Shown piece after piece: positions 12,359 through 24,773 of a DNA stretch of 64,000 bases. The notes beneath the pieces were generated by a model that saw nothing but the letters and a program-made list of their open reading frames with translations, searched no databases and had not been told where the DNA came from. The position numbers were made by a program, and so were the translations under genes. Positions within the stretch are counted from its first letter, which is position 1, and the number at the start of each line of letters is the position of its first letter. The DNA is from Neoechinorhynchus agilis (lineage: Eukaryota > Animalia > Acanthocephala), in NCBI GenBank assembly GCA_051530055.1, contig CM121341.1:6860784-6924783 (forward strand), given 5' to 3'.

Positions 12359-13327
12359 TTGTGCATTGTTGGTTTTTGCGTTGATCATTGTTTGTTGATG
12401 GCACATTCTCAGACATTTGCGCGTAAATTTAACGAATCTGGAATCCGGAATCTTCGAATCAAGGACAAGTTATCCTGGAGAGAACAACAAGCATTCCGAA
12501 ATCTGCTTTTAGCAATTAGAGGAATAAAAGTTAGAATTGAATATCCAATGCTTTGCGTGATAAACGGTCTATCGAAAAGATTCGATTTTCCATATGTTGA
12601 TCAAATAACTGAAGAGATGATGAATATTGTCGAGAAAAATTCAACAAGCCAAGAGTGCGATTTTGATAGCTTTCAGTTGAATATACTATCCACTGATGGG
12701 CACTCGAACGTCGGTCGCTGTAAGTATTTGTATTCAAGAAAAGCCTTACATCGTGGATTCGAAAATCAAAATTATTCTCGAAGCAGACAAATTGTTGCAG
12801 AAATGCCTATCCTCTTTGAATTCTACGACAACCAGCTATTTGGTCTTTTTTTGCAGCCTGATATATATCTTGGGAGTTGGGAACCGATCTTTGATTTATC
12901 TACGGATATTCCTTTAAGAGATGGCCACGCATTTGTAACGATGGACTCCTCTGTCCTTCTTACGGGAGGATGTAATTTGCGAAGAAAATTATTCCGTGAG
13001 CCAACGGCATCGTGTTTTAAACTAAGCTTTTGCCAATCAAAGAAACTATGGCGCTGTGATGAAATCAATAGCATGATTAGGAGAAGAAGAGATCATTCTG
13101 CACTTTTTGTCGAAGGTCTCGGAACGGTTTGTGTTGGTGGAGTCGGACTGCGGTCTCAATATTTAAAAGATATACGTTTGTGCTTTTGTAATGACGATCG
13201 TTATAGTGAATATAAATCACATTTATCCCATGCATTTGCCCGCAGTTTCGGGTTATATTTACACCGGAAACTCAATCATTATGGCCAAACATCTCTTTTC
13301 ATCTCCAACGATCTGAGATTATCGTAA
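12359..13327 (+). CDS. Kelch-repeat-like protein (N-terminal part)
   Basis: 322-aa ORF with GHAFVTMDSSVLLTGG and M..RRRDHSALFV..VCVGG kelch-like blades; the first ATG is at ~12398. Confidence 0.6.
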   Translation: MCIVGFCVDHCLLMAHSQTFARKFNESGIRNLRIKDKLSWREQQAFRNLLLAIRGIKVRIEYPMLCVINGLSKRFDFPYVDQITEEMMNIVEKNSTSQECDFDSFQLNILSTDGHSNVGRCKYLYSRKALHRGFENQNYSRSRQIVAEMPILFEFYDNQLFGLFLQPDIYLGSWEPIFDLSTDIPLRDGHAFVTMDSSVLLTGGCNLRRKLFREPTASCFKLSFCQSKKLWRCDEINSMIRRRRDHSALFVEGLGTVCVGGVGLRSQYLKDIRLCFCNDDRYSEYKSHLSHAFARSFGLYLHRKLNHYGQTSLFISNDLRLS

Positions 13328-13689
13328 AGTACGAAGCATTTTACTTCCAACTAATAAAATTCGGTGCTTAACTTCTTACACTCCAAAGTTTCTCCAACGA
13401 TCTGAGATTATCGTAAAGTACGAAGCTTTTTGATTAACACCATTAAAATCCGGTGCTTAACTTCTTGCACTCCAAAGTTTTTAGAGACTTCTAAGGGGAA
13501 TTTCATAGAGCCAAAACACCAATTATTTTCACGAAAATCGGAATACTTTTGTCGTGTACCACAATTCGGTTTAAAACTAAAGTTTGACACTAGCAGAAAA
13601 AATCTAATACTTCATATAACAACACTTTTTATTAATTTTTGTGTTTAAGAAATTAGACCCATTTAAGTTTGGGTGCTCAAAAATGCACA

Positions 13690-13860
13690 CAGATATTCCG
13701 GGTATTTTTTGGTATGTCCGCTCTGGTGAGAATGTCCGGGTCCGGGGATGTCCGTTCGAGTGGGAATGTCCGGGGATCTCCCTTCTGGTGAGAATGTCCG
13801 GGTCCGGGGATGTCCGTTCGAGTGGGAATATCCGAGTCCGGGGATGCCCATTCTGGTGGG
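13690..13860 (+). repeat. G-rich minisatellite (gtccgg/ggatgtccgttcgagtgggaat units)
   Basis: Repeated gaatgtccgggtccggggatgtccgttcgagtgggaat; loosely similar to C-rich tracts at ~48770-48830 and ~63420-63690. Confidence 0.8.
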
Positions 13861-13899
13861 AATTGGTGATTAATGTTTGCAGGAGAGCTTCTAAGGTTG

Positions 13900-14606
13900 G
13901 TATTTTTTATATTGATATTATTGAAAGTACGTTTACGAAATGTCTCGCAATTAAACAAAACCCTTACGGCTGGTTTCTAAGAACTTTTAAAAGTCAAATT
14001 TTTACACGAATTAATCTCATTTGTCCACTTCAAAAGCACAATAAAGAACTACTCGTCAGTCTCAAAGGTAAGTGGCAAATACTCTGTACAAATCTACCTA
14101 TGAGGTCAAAACGACCGAATCTTCTATGGAAATGCAACTTGCTTTACGTGATAGGTTCCGAAGAGCATTCGAATAAACAAAGAGATTTGACGTTTAAGCT
14201 TCAAATAATTTCGTTCGATCCGAAAACGAGCTCGTGGTGTAAGCACGGAACAATTGAGACGAAAGAGGAGATTTATGCGAGCGTGGCATTTCAATATCAT
14301 CAATTAATGTTTATTGTTTTTATTGAAGGAGCTGCAGGGCTATTGAGAATCTACTCATCAGACTTACGTTCTAACAAGTGGATACAGAAGAGAATTAGTT
14401 CGACGTCTATTCTTAAAGACTGTGAGCTTTGTTACTGGGCGAACGGAATTGTGATTGCTCGTAGTCTTAGGAGTAGAAAAGTAAGACTGGTGGACGTTCT
14501 TAATGGGTGCGAATTCATCGACCTCGTCACTTGTGAACACCACTTTTTGAGAAATAACGAAGAAAGAGATTCTAACTTTATTCGTAAAGGTACACAAAAA
14601 CTTTAA
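13900..14606 (+). CDS. Kelch-repeat-like protein (C-terminal part; possibly the same gene as 12359-13327)
   Basis: KWQILCTNLPMR..LLYVIG..ISFDPKTSSWCKHG is kelch-like. The N-terminal part of ORF 13641 is minisatellite-derived. Confidence 0.5.
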
Positions 14607-14729
14607 ACAATATAAAAAATCAATATGTTGCTTCAATTGTTAGTCTAAAAATTCTAATCAATCTGTTTGAAATGCAAAAAAATAAAATGATAGATTCTCC
14701 ATTTTGTTCCACTATTCCAAATATGGATT

Positions 14730-16912
14730 CTCACGAAAATTCTTTCAATATTTACTGACAGTTCGTCCGCCTAGAAAAAAACTAAATTGATTTAGCTCGC
14801 TTTAGAATTCGTTTTGTATTAGCGGGAAGCAAATATCTTATTGTCAATGAATTTCTTCGTGTTGTGAGCTACTTTTACGTTCGCGAATTTTACATTCCCA
14901 AGAAAAAAGTTTGTTGAGTGTCTCAGCTTTCACTTTCTTCAACCAGGAGACAAAGAGTCGGCTACTTCAGATTCAATTACTCTGAGCATCCCAAGCCGAT
15001 TCTACTCTTCGCCACAGTTTTTTGTAAAGTAATAAATTCAGGATAATTCCTGAGCTGGAAATGCGAGAACAATCGATTTCCTTTTTTTAAAAATATTGAT
15101 ACTCGTGAAAATGCCTTCAATATTTACAAACAGTTCGTCCGCCAAGAAAAAAACTAAATTGATTTTCCTCGCTTTAGAATTCGTTTTGTATTAGCGGGAA
15201 GCAAATATCTTATTGTGAACGAATTTCTTCGTGTTGTGAGCTACTTTTACGTTCACGAATTGAACACTCCCAAGCAAAATGTTTGTTGAATATCTCAGCT
15301 TTCACTTTCTTCAACGTGGCGACAAAGAGTCGGCTACTTCAGATTCAGTTACCTTGAGCCTCGCAAGCCGATTCTACTCTTCGCCACAGTTTTTTTGTAA
15401 AGTAATAAATTCAGGATAATTCTAGTGCTGGAAATGCGAGAATTATCGATTTCATTTTTTAAAAATATTGATACTCGTGAAAATGCTTTCAATATTTACT
15501 GACAGTTCGTCTTTTTCGCCCAAACAAAAACTAAATTTATTTTCCTCGCTTTAGAATTCGTTTTGTATTATCGGGAAGCAAATATCTTATTGTCAATGAA
15601 TTTCTTCGTGTTGTGAGCTACTTTTACGTTCGCGAATTTTACACTCCCTAGCAAAAAGTTTGTTGAGTATCTCAGCTTTAACTTTCTTCAACGCGACAAA
15701 GAGTCGGCTACTTGTGATTCAATTACTTTGAGCATCCTAAGCCGATTCTACTCTTCTTTCGCCACAGTTTTTTTTTGTAAAGTAATAAATTCAGAGTAAT
15801 TCCAGTGCTGGAAATGCGACAATAATCGATTTAATTTTTAAAAATATTGATACTCGTGAAAATGCTTTCAATATTTACTGACAGTTCGTCCGCCCAGAAA
15901 ACTAAATTGATTTTCCTCGCTTTAGAATTCGTTTTGTATTATCGGGAAGCAAATATCTTATTGTAAACGAATTTCTTCGTGTTGTGAGCTACTTTTACGT
16001 TCGCGAATTTTACATTCCCAAGCAAAAAGTTTGTTCAATATCTCAGCTTTAACTTTCAACGTGGCGACAAAGAGTCGGCTACTTCAGATTCAATTACTTT
16101 GAGCATCCCAAGCCGATTCTACTTTTCCCCACAGTTTTTTGTAAAGTAATAAATTCAGGATACCTCCTGAGCTGGAAATGCGAGAACAATCGATTTCCTT
16201 TTTTTAAAAATATTGATACTCGTGAAAACGCCTTCAATATTTACAAACAGTTCGTCCGCCCAGAAAAAAACTAAATTGATTTTCCTCGCTTTAGAATTCG
16301 TTTTGTATTGTCAGGAAGCAAATATCTTATTGTCAACGAATTTCTTCGTGTTGTGAGCTACTTTTACGTTCGCGAATTTTACATTCCCAAGAAAAAAGTT
16401 TGTTGAATATCTCAGCATTAACTTTCTTCAACGTGGCGACAAAGAGTCGGCTACTTCAGATTCAGTTACCTTGAGCCTCGCAAGCCGATTCTACTCTTCG
16501 CCACACTTTTTTTGTAAAGTAATAAATGCAGGGTTATTCCAGTGTTGAAAATACGAGAATTATCGATTTAATTTTTTAAAATATTGATACTCGTGAAAAT
16601 GCTTTCAATATTCACTGACAGTTCGTCTTTTTCGCCCAAACAAAACTAAATTGATTTAGCTCGCTTTAGAATTCGTTTTGTATTAGCGGGAAGCAAATAT
16701 CTTATTGTCAACGAATTTCTTCGTGTTGTGAGCTACTTTTACGTTCGCGAATTTTACATCCCCAAGCAAAAAGTTTGTTGAGTATCTCAGCTTTCACTTT
16801 CTTCAACGTGGCGACCAAGAATGGGTTGCATCAAATTGGGTACGATTCACGCAATCAGCCGGTTCTATACTTCGCCACACTTCTTTGTTTAGCTAAATCT
16901 TCTTAACTATTA
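14730..16912 (-). repeat. ~375-bp tandem array, inverted orientation (~5.7 units)
   Basis: Reverse complement of the 10613-11810 unit, repeated. Confidence 0.9.
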
Positions 16913-17139
16913 TTTGGTTTTTTTTAATGATAAAAGATTCTTAATTTAAAATGTGCCACGAATTTGCTCTTATTTGCAATATTTTTATTAACTGTATTTC
17001 AAAATTCGAAAGGTAACGCGAAAAATTGCATTCATCTTCAATTTCCGTCGACACTGTCAGTTCCAGTTCTTCAGTAAAATTAATGATTAATTCCTGATCG
17101 TTCGGATAAAAATGCTGAAAAAATGGAAAATTCAAACGG

Positions 17140-17505
17140 CTTATTCGGGACACAGATGAATCAAATTCAGTGACGGCGGGTCGGAAACATCAACATCTAA
17201 GATTCCAGTCATTATGGGACGGATTTCATCGTCGAAACGGCTAAGGTTTCGATACGTCCTTCCGAACATTCTCCTTGGAAACCAATGAACCCAGGAGACT
17301 GAAGTCGCAGATATTGATTCATTTGATGCCCGGAGCGACATTTTTGAATTGTTTGTGTATCTGCGAGTTTTCTGTTTCGTCCATGTTCAGGAGTAGCAAT
17401 TCACACTTTGAGCTGTTAAACTCGAGGCCCATTTTGGAGATCATCTCGATGATGCGGTTAAGATCACCCAGAACAGGGAGAAGGTCGCCTCCAAGGGTGC
17501 GGCTT
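17140..17505 (-). mobile_element. CRE-like RT fragment (duplicate of 10190-10550)
   Basis: Reverse-complement near-identity to 10190-10550. Confidence 0.65.
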
Positions 17506-18084
17506 TTTTTAATGAAAAATGATTCTTGATTTTCAATGTCATTTTACTCTCAATTCGATTTACTAGGGAATCAACTCGATTTTTAAATGTTACATTTTTT
17601 AGCCTTTATAAATGAAGTCCACTTCAATTTTATGCGATTAAAACATTTCAGTCGACATCAGCGGCTAAATTTAGTTTTTGCTTTGAAAGTTTAGAGTTTG
17701 CGCAATGCAAATCTCCTAGATTTTCGCGTGACCGTCAAAAGTTCAGTTTAAAAGAATTGAACTCTTTTGGGTGCCTTAAGAATAATTCGCTTTAGCTAAT
17801 CGGCATAATTTAATCATTTTCAAATATTGGCTCTTTTGCCGATCTGCGAAGAAACGAAACAGTTTTGCATGTTCGAATGGAAATGAATGCTCTTGAGTTT
17901 GCATTGGTCACAAAATGGCCAAGAAAAGTCTCGATTTATCGATTGCTTCATCGGCATAAATGAAAACAGAAAAATCCGCTTATTTTTGAACGAAAAAAAA
18001 TCGATCACATTAACGGAATATTTGGTAGCATATTTAAATGAATTAATTATTAAAGGCGTTGGATTTCACTTGTTTATTTGAAGT

Positions 18085-19227
18085 TTAACCGAACAAATCG
18101 AACATGCCTTCTTCATCGTCGGAGTCATTGGATTCTTCAGCTGAAGCTTCGTGTTTTCCACCGGCTATTCCGGCAGTTTCGGTCGACTGAGCCGATGGGA
18201 CATTGGTAGCCGCAGCCGCTGCCGCTGCAGCAGCCGCCATCTTTTCTGGATCAGAAAGGATTTCCTTGTACTGGAGAATTACGTGCGAAAAAAGGAGTAA
18301 AAAGGAGCACATTTCATACCGATTTGGCTTGTTCGAGCCAGCAACTATCCGCATCTTCACAAGCTGCTAAGGTAATTGCAAGCAAAGGAGTGAATGCCAC
18401 TTTGGCAAATAAAGGAGCTGAAAACTCATTGGGTACTCCGATGGCAAGACTCGCGGTTGTCAGATTCGAAACGTGCTTTTTGAACTTTTCCATTATATCT
18501 TCGTCGGTGATTTCGAGAACAAATGGATCGAAACAAGATCCCTTGTCGTAGACTGCAAACCAAACGTTCTTATAGTTCAAAACCTTTTTTTAGTACCTTG
18601 TTTAAGTTGAAGAGTGTAATGGAAAGGAGTGATATCGAGAGTTTGAAGGAGAGTTGCCTCGCTCGCATTCACTTTGTTTCCTTTCTTAATCAGATGAACA
18701 TTGTTCTTCACAAATAAAAATAAATAAAAAAGTTTAGTTTCCAAAACACTTACCAAAATTTCTACTTTTCCTTTAGTGATTTTGGTGCTGATTTGTAGCG
18801 CTTGGAAGAAACTCGTTTTGTCTGGACCGAGCGTTGTTTGTTGTGCCGGAATGTGGACATCGTCCGGAGCAATCGCACCAACTTTTGCCGGAGCTTTAAA
18901 CTTGTAATCTTCGACGATTTTCTTTATTTCGTTAATGTCGTCATTTGTAAAAATGAAACCGACGTTATCCTTTATGTGCGGAAGGAGCTTCTCAACGAGT
19001 GGATCGCGACTTGCATGAGCCTGGATGCCTTTCCGGATCCGGGTATTTTTTCCCATGAACACTATGGCTTTTCCCCTTAACGCAATTCGAATCAATTGCA
19101 TTTGATGAGAACTGATATTGTCCACACCAACGACAAAACATGATTTGAACTCCGTCAAATAATCAATCAATCGACTGGACAACGAGTTTTTCCATGCTTT
19201 CCGGTTCTCGCGAATTAACTTCCCCAT
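18085..19227 (-). CDS. RPLP0: 60S acidic ribosomal protein P0, copy B (frame intact)
   Basis: Continuous exon-1 ORF (18577..19272 track) plus the same three introns as copy A. Confidence 0.95.
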
Positions 19228-19489
19228 CTCACAGACGACAAATGGAGCGCGAAGGAGCGACGTTCTTTTCATCGAGTGCGCACGGAAGAATCAGAAAAAT
19301 TCAATGGGTTTTTAACATTTGAACCTACGCATGTTTATGTTGTTTTGTTGTTCTCGTTGTTGTCGCTGTAAAATGTTCAGTGGTGTTGTTTGCTATGTTT
19401 TCTTTGCGTGCAGTTGTTTGTCGGACTTGTTCATGTTTATTACTTTGTTTATTGATCGCTGGAAATTCTATAGCTTATCGGAATCGATG

Positions 19490-19710
19490 AACAACAATGC
19501 ACTAAGCATCACTTAATCTGCAAATTGTTTCTTTTTTCTCCTTGTTTGTACCTGTAAATTTTTGTTTGTTCCAATTGTTTTTTTCGTCATTTGCGTCTTC
19601 CTTTGCGTTGTGACGCTCATAATTTGTAATTGTTTTTTAATTTTTCCAAAAATGAGCTTTTGCCTGTATCGATGTTCTTCGTGTAAGACGCCCTACGTTC
19701 AGTCCGTTCC
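19490..19710 (+). pseudogene. Decayed ZNHIT6 5' segment (copy B)
   Basis: Homologous to 24647-24870 and to 8060-8275. Confidence 0.72.
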
Positions 19711-20799
19711 TGAGATCAAAAACGAAGATTCATTTTGACGTTTCTAGAAAAAATCGAATAGAAATCAGGAAACCAATTTTGATGTCGAACAAAAAGTAAC
19801 ACGAAAAACCGCGATCTTAAGCAATGATTGTACTTGTATGTCGTCGAGTTGCTATGTTTGGAACTTCCTATTTTTTTTGCTGTTTTATCATTTCTCGCAA
19901 TTGGCTTGTCGGTCGATCCATCGGAAGCATTTTTATCAGCAAAGAAATTTTTGTTGAGCTGCTTAACAAGAACAGTAAACATTTTCCTGTATAAATTTTT
20001 ATAGAGCTTGGAATTAAGAACACGTTCACACAGTAGGTTACAATCAAATGTTTAGAATTCTGCCGCTAACAAAAGTTCTCAACTTTTACATTTTGCTCTA
20101 TTAAATTTTAAAATGCGCCAAAATAAGTTCAGATTTCACAATTCCGCCTAATGGTCATAAATGTATTCTAGATCCGGTTATTTTTAGGTTATAAGCGTTG
20201 ATTTAATTTATAAACGACTGCATCTATTTTCGCAATCAATTAATATAGATGAAAAACAATGGCATTGTCTTTATTATTAATTATTCCTATTTCAAGTCGG
20301 TCTCAATTCAAAACCGATTTACTCACAGTTTTCGCTTTTACCGGTGAGAATCCTTTATTAGTGATTACCTCAATTTGAGGAGCGTTTTCCATTTTTGTGA
20401 TTGCAACTGCTTAATAGTATTCCCAAATATTGCGAAATCGTTACAAACAAGATAATATTCTCTACGTCCTGGACGAACGCTCTGCAATTTCCGTAAAGAA
20501 ATTTAGTGAATCGTTTATCGAGTATATGCGAAACGTTCTATATTTTTGGTTGTGCGGGGAAGTGAAATGCAGGAATGTTATACAAGCGAAAGTTGTGGGA
20601 AAAATTTCACTTCTCTTGGAACAAGTTTGAGGGAATTATACACGAATGTTTTTTTGCATAAACGCCCATAGAACGTATCTGTAGAATTGTAAAATCAAAA
20701 CTTACTGTTACGGGATTTTTTAAGTTTTATGAACAAATTTTCAATCTGGCGCTGCTTTTAATTCATGTGATAAAATGTCATATTTCAGAAAACTATCAG

Positions 20800-21230
20800 T
20801 TTAAAGTCGAACGTCTCATTCTAAATGCTGCGGGAGTAGGCCCAACATCCGATAACCGAGCAATCTTTGCCGACTCGATGGCCGTGGACCGGACGGTTTC
20901 ACAGCATTCCTGTGGCGAGAGAAGTCATATACCTTCTATGGGACGCCACACTCGCAGCCATAAACATAAAATTCGCCACTATTAAACCAGAGGGGAAGCA
21001 GCACCGCCGCTGAGGAACGCAAAAAGATTAAATACAGGGCCCTGAGTCGAAATTCTTATTTCGTTCCCTTTGGCGCCGAGACACTCGGGTTGTTTGGTAC
21101 CACTTCGCAGGACCGATCCGACGGCACGAGCATTCCTCCTACAAACATAAGCCTGTCCTGCAACCGGCGAAGGAACACTGCATCCGTACGACGGCAGCTG
21201 GGTGATCCAGAGCGGTTGCGTATATTTTTC
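20800..21230 (+). mobile_element. CRE-clade RLE fragment (duplicate of 6545-6975)
   Basis: Reverse-complement near-identity to 6545-6975. Confidence 0.72.
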
Positions 21231-21356
21231 AAACTCTCTTTGTTGGAAGAAAAGAAACTTCATTGTGTGAACATGTTCTTATTTCGCAGCTCTAAAAACA
21301 CAGTTGCAGAATAGTGTTGGAATTAAATACTTTACAAGATTATATATGATTCCATT

Positions 21357-22347
21357 TTAGGCCCTATCGTCATTGTACGTACTACCATCCTCGCTGAGGA
21401 CTTCTGTCACATCGTCCAGAATATTTTCCGATGTGGTCGTACTGCCCCTCGATAAGCACTCAATTTTGTTTTCCTTTTTTGTGACAAGAATATTGAACTG
21501 TTGTGCACTTTTTATGCCGTTTACGTATTGCTGATAGGCTTCCCCGAAAATGGGAATAAGCATACTAAACAGCACTCGAGATGCCAGAATGCATGCCCAA
21601 GCAACCAATCGTCCTAAAGATGTCTTTGGAACCACGTTCCATAGCCAACAGTGGTCATAGTTACCAATGCCCACATGACTGCGGTTAGCAATGAACCATC
21701 TTCTTCTCGACTCTCATATTCTACGACGTAGAATGCATAGCCGAAGACACCTGCAGCCAGGATTATAATAATGAATACTGAGAGAATTTCGCCTGATTTC
21801 GAGACAACGGTCGAGTGACCGCTCGAAGGAGAGAGTTATGTTTGTACACTTTGTAGAGTTGGAGTATCTCACAAAGGAGGAAGATGTTGACGATGTGTTT
21901 GTCGATACTTTCAGTGTGTCCACCGGATGATACTGTGAGTATGAGAGTGAGACAGAATACTGTTAGAAAGAATGAGTTGGCAGCATCGATAAGATTGAAT
22001 GGCGATTTGAAGAATCGTTTCCAATGTGGGCAGAAGACGAGACGAAGAAGGAAGTCGATTGTAATTAAGAACAAAAGACCGGCTTGGACGATGAATAAAG
22101 GAGATGCCGGAGTCATTCGTCGTATCCGCTTATTCCTGACTAGCATTGTACTTGCTGCTGGATATGGTCGCGAGTAGGGCTATTGTGACCATGAGAATTA
22201 TTCGTACAATTGCGTATGATTTAGCCACCTTTCCTGAAGACGGGTGCTCCAGTAGGTCCCAGAAGTAACTTTTGAACATAAATTCAGATACAGGTTGAAC
22301 GGAAGCAAGAAGTCGGAATGATTTGTGCTGAGTGAGCACTTGATCTA
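21357..22347 (-). pseudogene. 5'-truncated Kv channel copy (S1-S6 exon only, no T1)
   Basis: Duplicate of 5424-6415, breaking at the exon acceptor; several indels (some may be consensus errors). Confidence 0.8.
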
Positions 22348-22754
22348 GCTTTGAAAGTTTAGAGTTTGCGCAATGCAAATCTCCTAGATTTTCGCGTGAC
22401 CGTCAAAAGTTCAGTTTAAAAGAATTGAACTCTTTTTGGGTGCCTTAAGAATAATTCGCTTTAGCTAATCGGCATAATTTAATCATTTTCAAATATTGGC
22501 TCTTTTGCCGATCTGCGAAGAAACGAAACAGTTTTGCATGTTCGAATGGAAATGAATGCTCTTGAGTTTGCATTGGTCACAAAATGGCCAAGAAAAGTCT
22601 CGATTTATCGATTGCTTCATCGGCATAAATGAAAACAGAAAAATCCGCTTATTTTTTGAACGAAAAAAAATCGATCACATTAACGGAATATTTGGTAGCA
22701 TATTTAAATGAATTAATTATTAAAGGCGTTGGATTTCACTTGTTTATTTGAAGT

Positions 22755-23901
22755 TTAACCGAACAAATCGAACATGCCTTCTTCATCGTCGGAGTCATTG
22801 GATTCTTCAGCTGAAGCTTCGTGTTTTCCACCGGCTATTCCGGCAGTTTCGGTCGACTGAGCCGATGGGACATTGGTAGCCGCAGCCGCTGCCGCTGCAG
22901 CAGCCGCCATCTTTTCTGGATCAGAAAGGATTTCCTTGTACTGGAGAATTACGTGCGAAAAAAGGAGTAAAAAGGAGCACATTTCATACCGATTTGGCTT
23001 GTTCGAGCCAGCAACTATCCGCATCTTCACAAGCTGCTAAGGTAATTGCAAGCAAAGGAGTGAATGCCACTTTGGCAAATAAAGGAGCTGAAAACTCATT
23101 GGGTACTCCGATGGCAAGACTCGCGGTTGTCAGATTCGAAACGTGCTTTTTGAACTTTTCCATTATATCTTCGTCGGTGATTTCGAGAACAAATGGATCG
23201 AAACAAGATCCCTTGTCGTAGACTGCAAACCAAACGTTCTTATAGTTCAAAACCTTTTTTTAGTACCTTGTTTAAGTTGAAGAGTGTAATGGAAAGGAGT
23301 GATATCGAGAGTTTGAAGGAGAGTTGCCTCGCTCGCATTCACTTTGTTTCCTTTCTTAATCAGATGAACATTGTTCTTCACAAATAAAAAATAAATAAAA
23401 AAAGTTTAGTTTCCAAAACACTTACCAAAATTTCTACTTTTCCTTTAGTGATTTTGGTGCTGATTTGTAGCGCTTGGAAGAAACTCGTTTTTGTCTGGAC
23501 CGAGCGATGTTTGTTGTGCCGGAATGTGGACATCGTCCGGAGCAATCGCACCAACTTTTGCCGGAGCTTTGAACTTGTAATCTTCGACGATTTTCTTTAT
23601 TTCGTTAATGTCGTCATTTGTAAAAATGAAACCGACGTTATCCTTTATGTGCGGAAGGAGCTTCTCAACGAGTGGATCGCGACTTGCATGAGCCTGGATG
23701 CCTTTCCGGATCCGGGTATTTTTTTCCCATGAACACTATGGCTTTTCCCCTTAACGCAATTCGAATCAATTGCATTTGATGAGAACTGATATTGTCCACA
23801 CCAACGACAAAACATGATTTGAACTCCGTCAAATAATCAATCAATCGACTGGACAACGAGTTTTTCCATGCTTTCCGGTTCTCGCGAATTAACTTCCCCA
23901 T
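22755..23901 (-). CDS. RPLP0: 60S acidic ribosomal protein P0, copy C (homopolymer indels near 23470 and 23725)
   Basis: Near-identical to copies A and B, including the introns. Confidence 0.9.
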
Positions 23902-24164
23902 CTCACAGACGACAAATGGAGCGCGAAGGAGCGACGTTCTTTTCATCGAGTGCGCACGGAAGAATCAGAAAAAATTCAATGGGTTTTTAACATTTGAACC
24001 TACGCATGTTTATGTTTGTTTTGTTGTTCTCGTTGTTGACGCTGTAAAATGTTCAGTGGTGTTGTTTGCTATGTTTTCTTTGCGTGCAGTTGTTGTCGGA
24101 CTTGTTCATGTTTATTACTTTGTTTATTGATCGCTGAAATTCTATAGCTTATCGGAATCGATGA

Positions 24165-24385
24165 ACAACAATGCACTAAGCATCACTTAATCTGCAAATT
24201 GTTTCTTTTTTTCTCCTTGTTTGTACCTGTAAATTTTTGTTTGTTCCAATTGTTTTTTTCGTCATTTGCGTCTTCCTTTGCGCTGTGACGCTCATAATTT
24301 GTAATTGTTTCTTTTAATTTTTCAAAATGAGCTTTTGCCTGTATCGATGTTCTTCGTGTAAGACGCCTACGTTCAGTCCGTTCCT
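24165..24385 (+). pseudogene. Decayed ZNHIT6 5' segment (copy C), ~480 bp upstream of its intact homolog
   Basis: Direct homology to 24647-24870. Confidence 0.75.
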
Positions 24386-24773
24386 GAGATCAAAAAACGA
24401 AGATTCATTTTGACGTTTCTAGAAAAAATCGAATAGAAATCAGGAAAACTAATTTTGATGCCGGGCAAAAGTAACACGAAAAATCGCGATATTTTTGTTG
24501 TCGCGATCTTTGTCAAATATTTCGTGTTTCAAATTGTGTGCGTTTTTGTATATATTACCGAGTTTAAATTGACTTACGCTGTCCAATTTGATGATTATTG
24601 ATCGCATTAGATATTAAGATTGATTTTTATTTAAATTAATAAACAACAATGCACTAAGCATCACTTAATCTGCAAATTGTTTCTTTTACTTTCTATTATC
24701 GAATTTGTACATGTAAATTGTTGTTTATTGTTCAATTGTTTTTTTCGCCATTCGCGTCTTCCTTTTCTTTGAG

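Larger units (their letters stand above)
14730..22347 (-). repeat. Right arm (B) of inverted segmental duplication
   Basis: Reverse complement of 5424-11810, with more array units and two extra segments (~16935-17108, ~17505-17575). Confidence 0.92.
22348..24495 (-). repeat. Segment C: direct tandem copy of 17680-~19820
   Basis: Clean junction ..gcacttgatcta|gctttgaaagtttagag.. where the Kv copy ends and the sequence of 17680 restarts. Confidence 0.9.

Noticed and set aside
13641-13900. N-terminal ~85 aa of ORF 13641..14606 and overlapping minus-strand ORFs
   Set aside because: They are translations of the G-rich minisatellite.
10613-16912. Ribozyme cores in the 375-, 244-, 110-, 290- and 208-bp repeats
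   Set aside because: Manual scan of both strands found no CUGANGA/GAAA set with supporting helices; a covariance-model scan for twister, HDV, pistol and hatchet was not possible.
5424-22347. Whole palindrome as a single-read fold-back chimera
   Set aside because: A 2.9-kb unique spacer, unequal array counts, arm-specific insertions and substitutions do not fit; haplotype mis-joining is not excluded.
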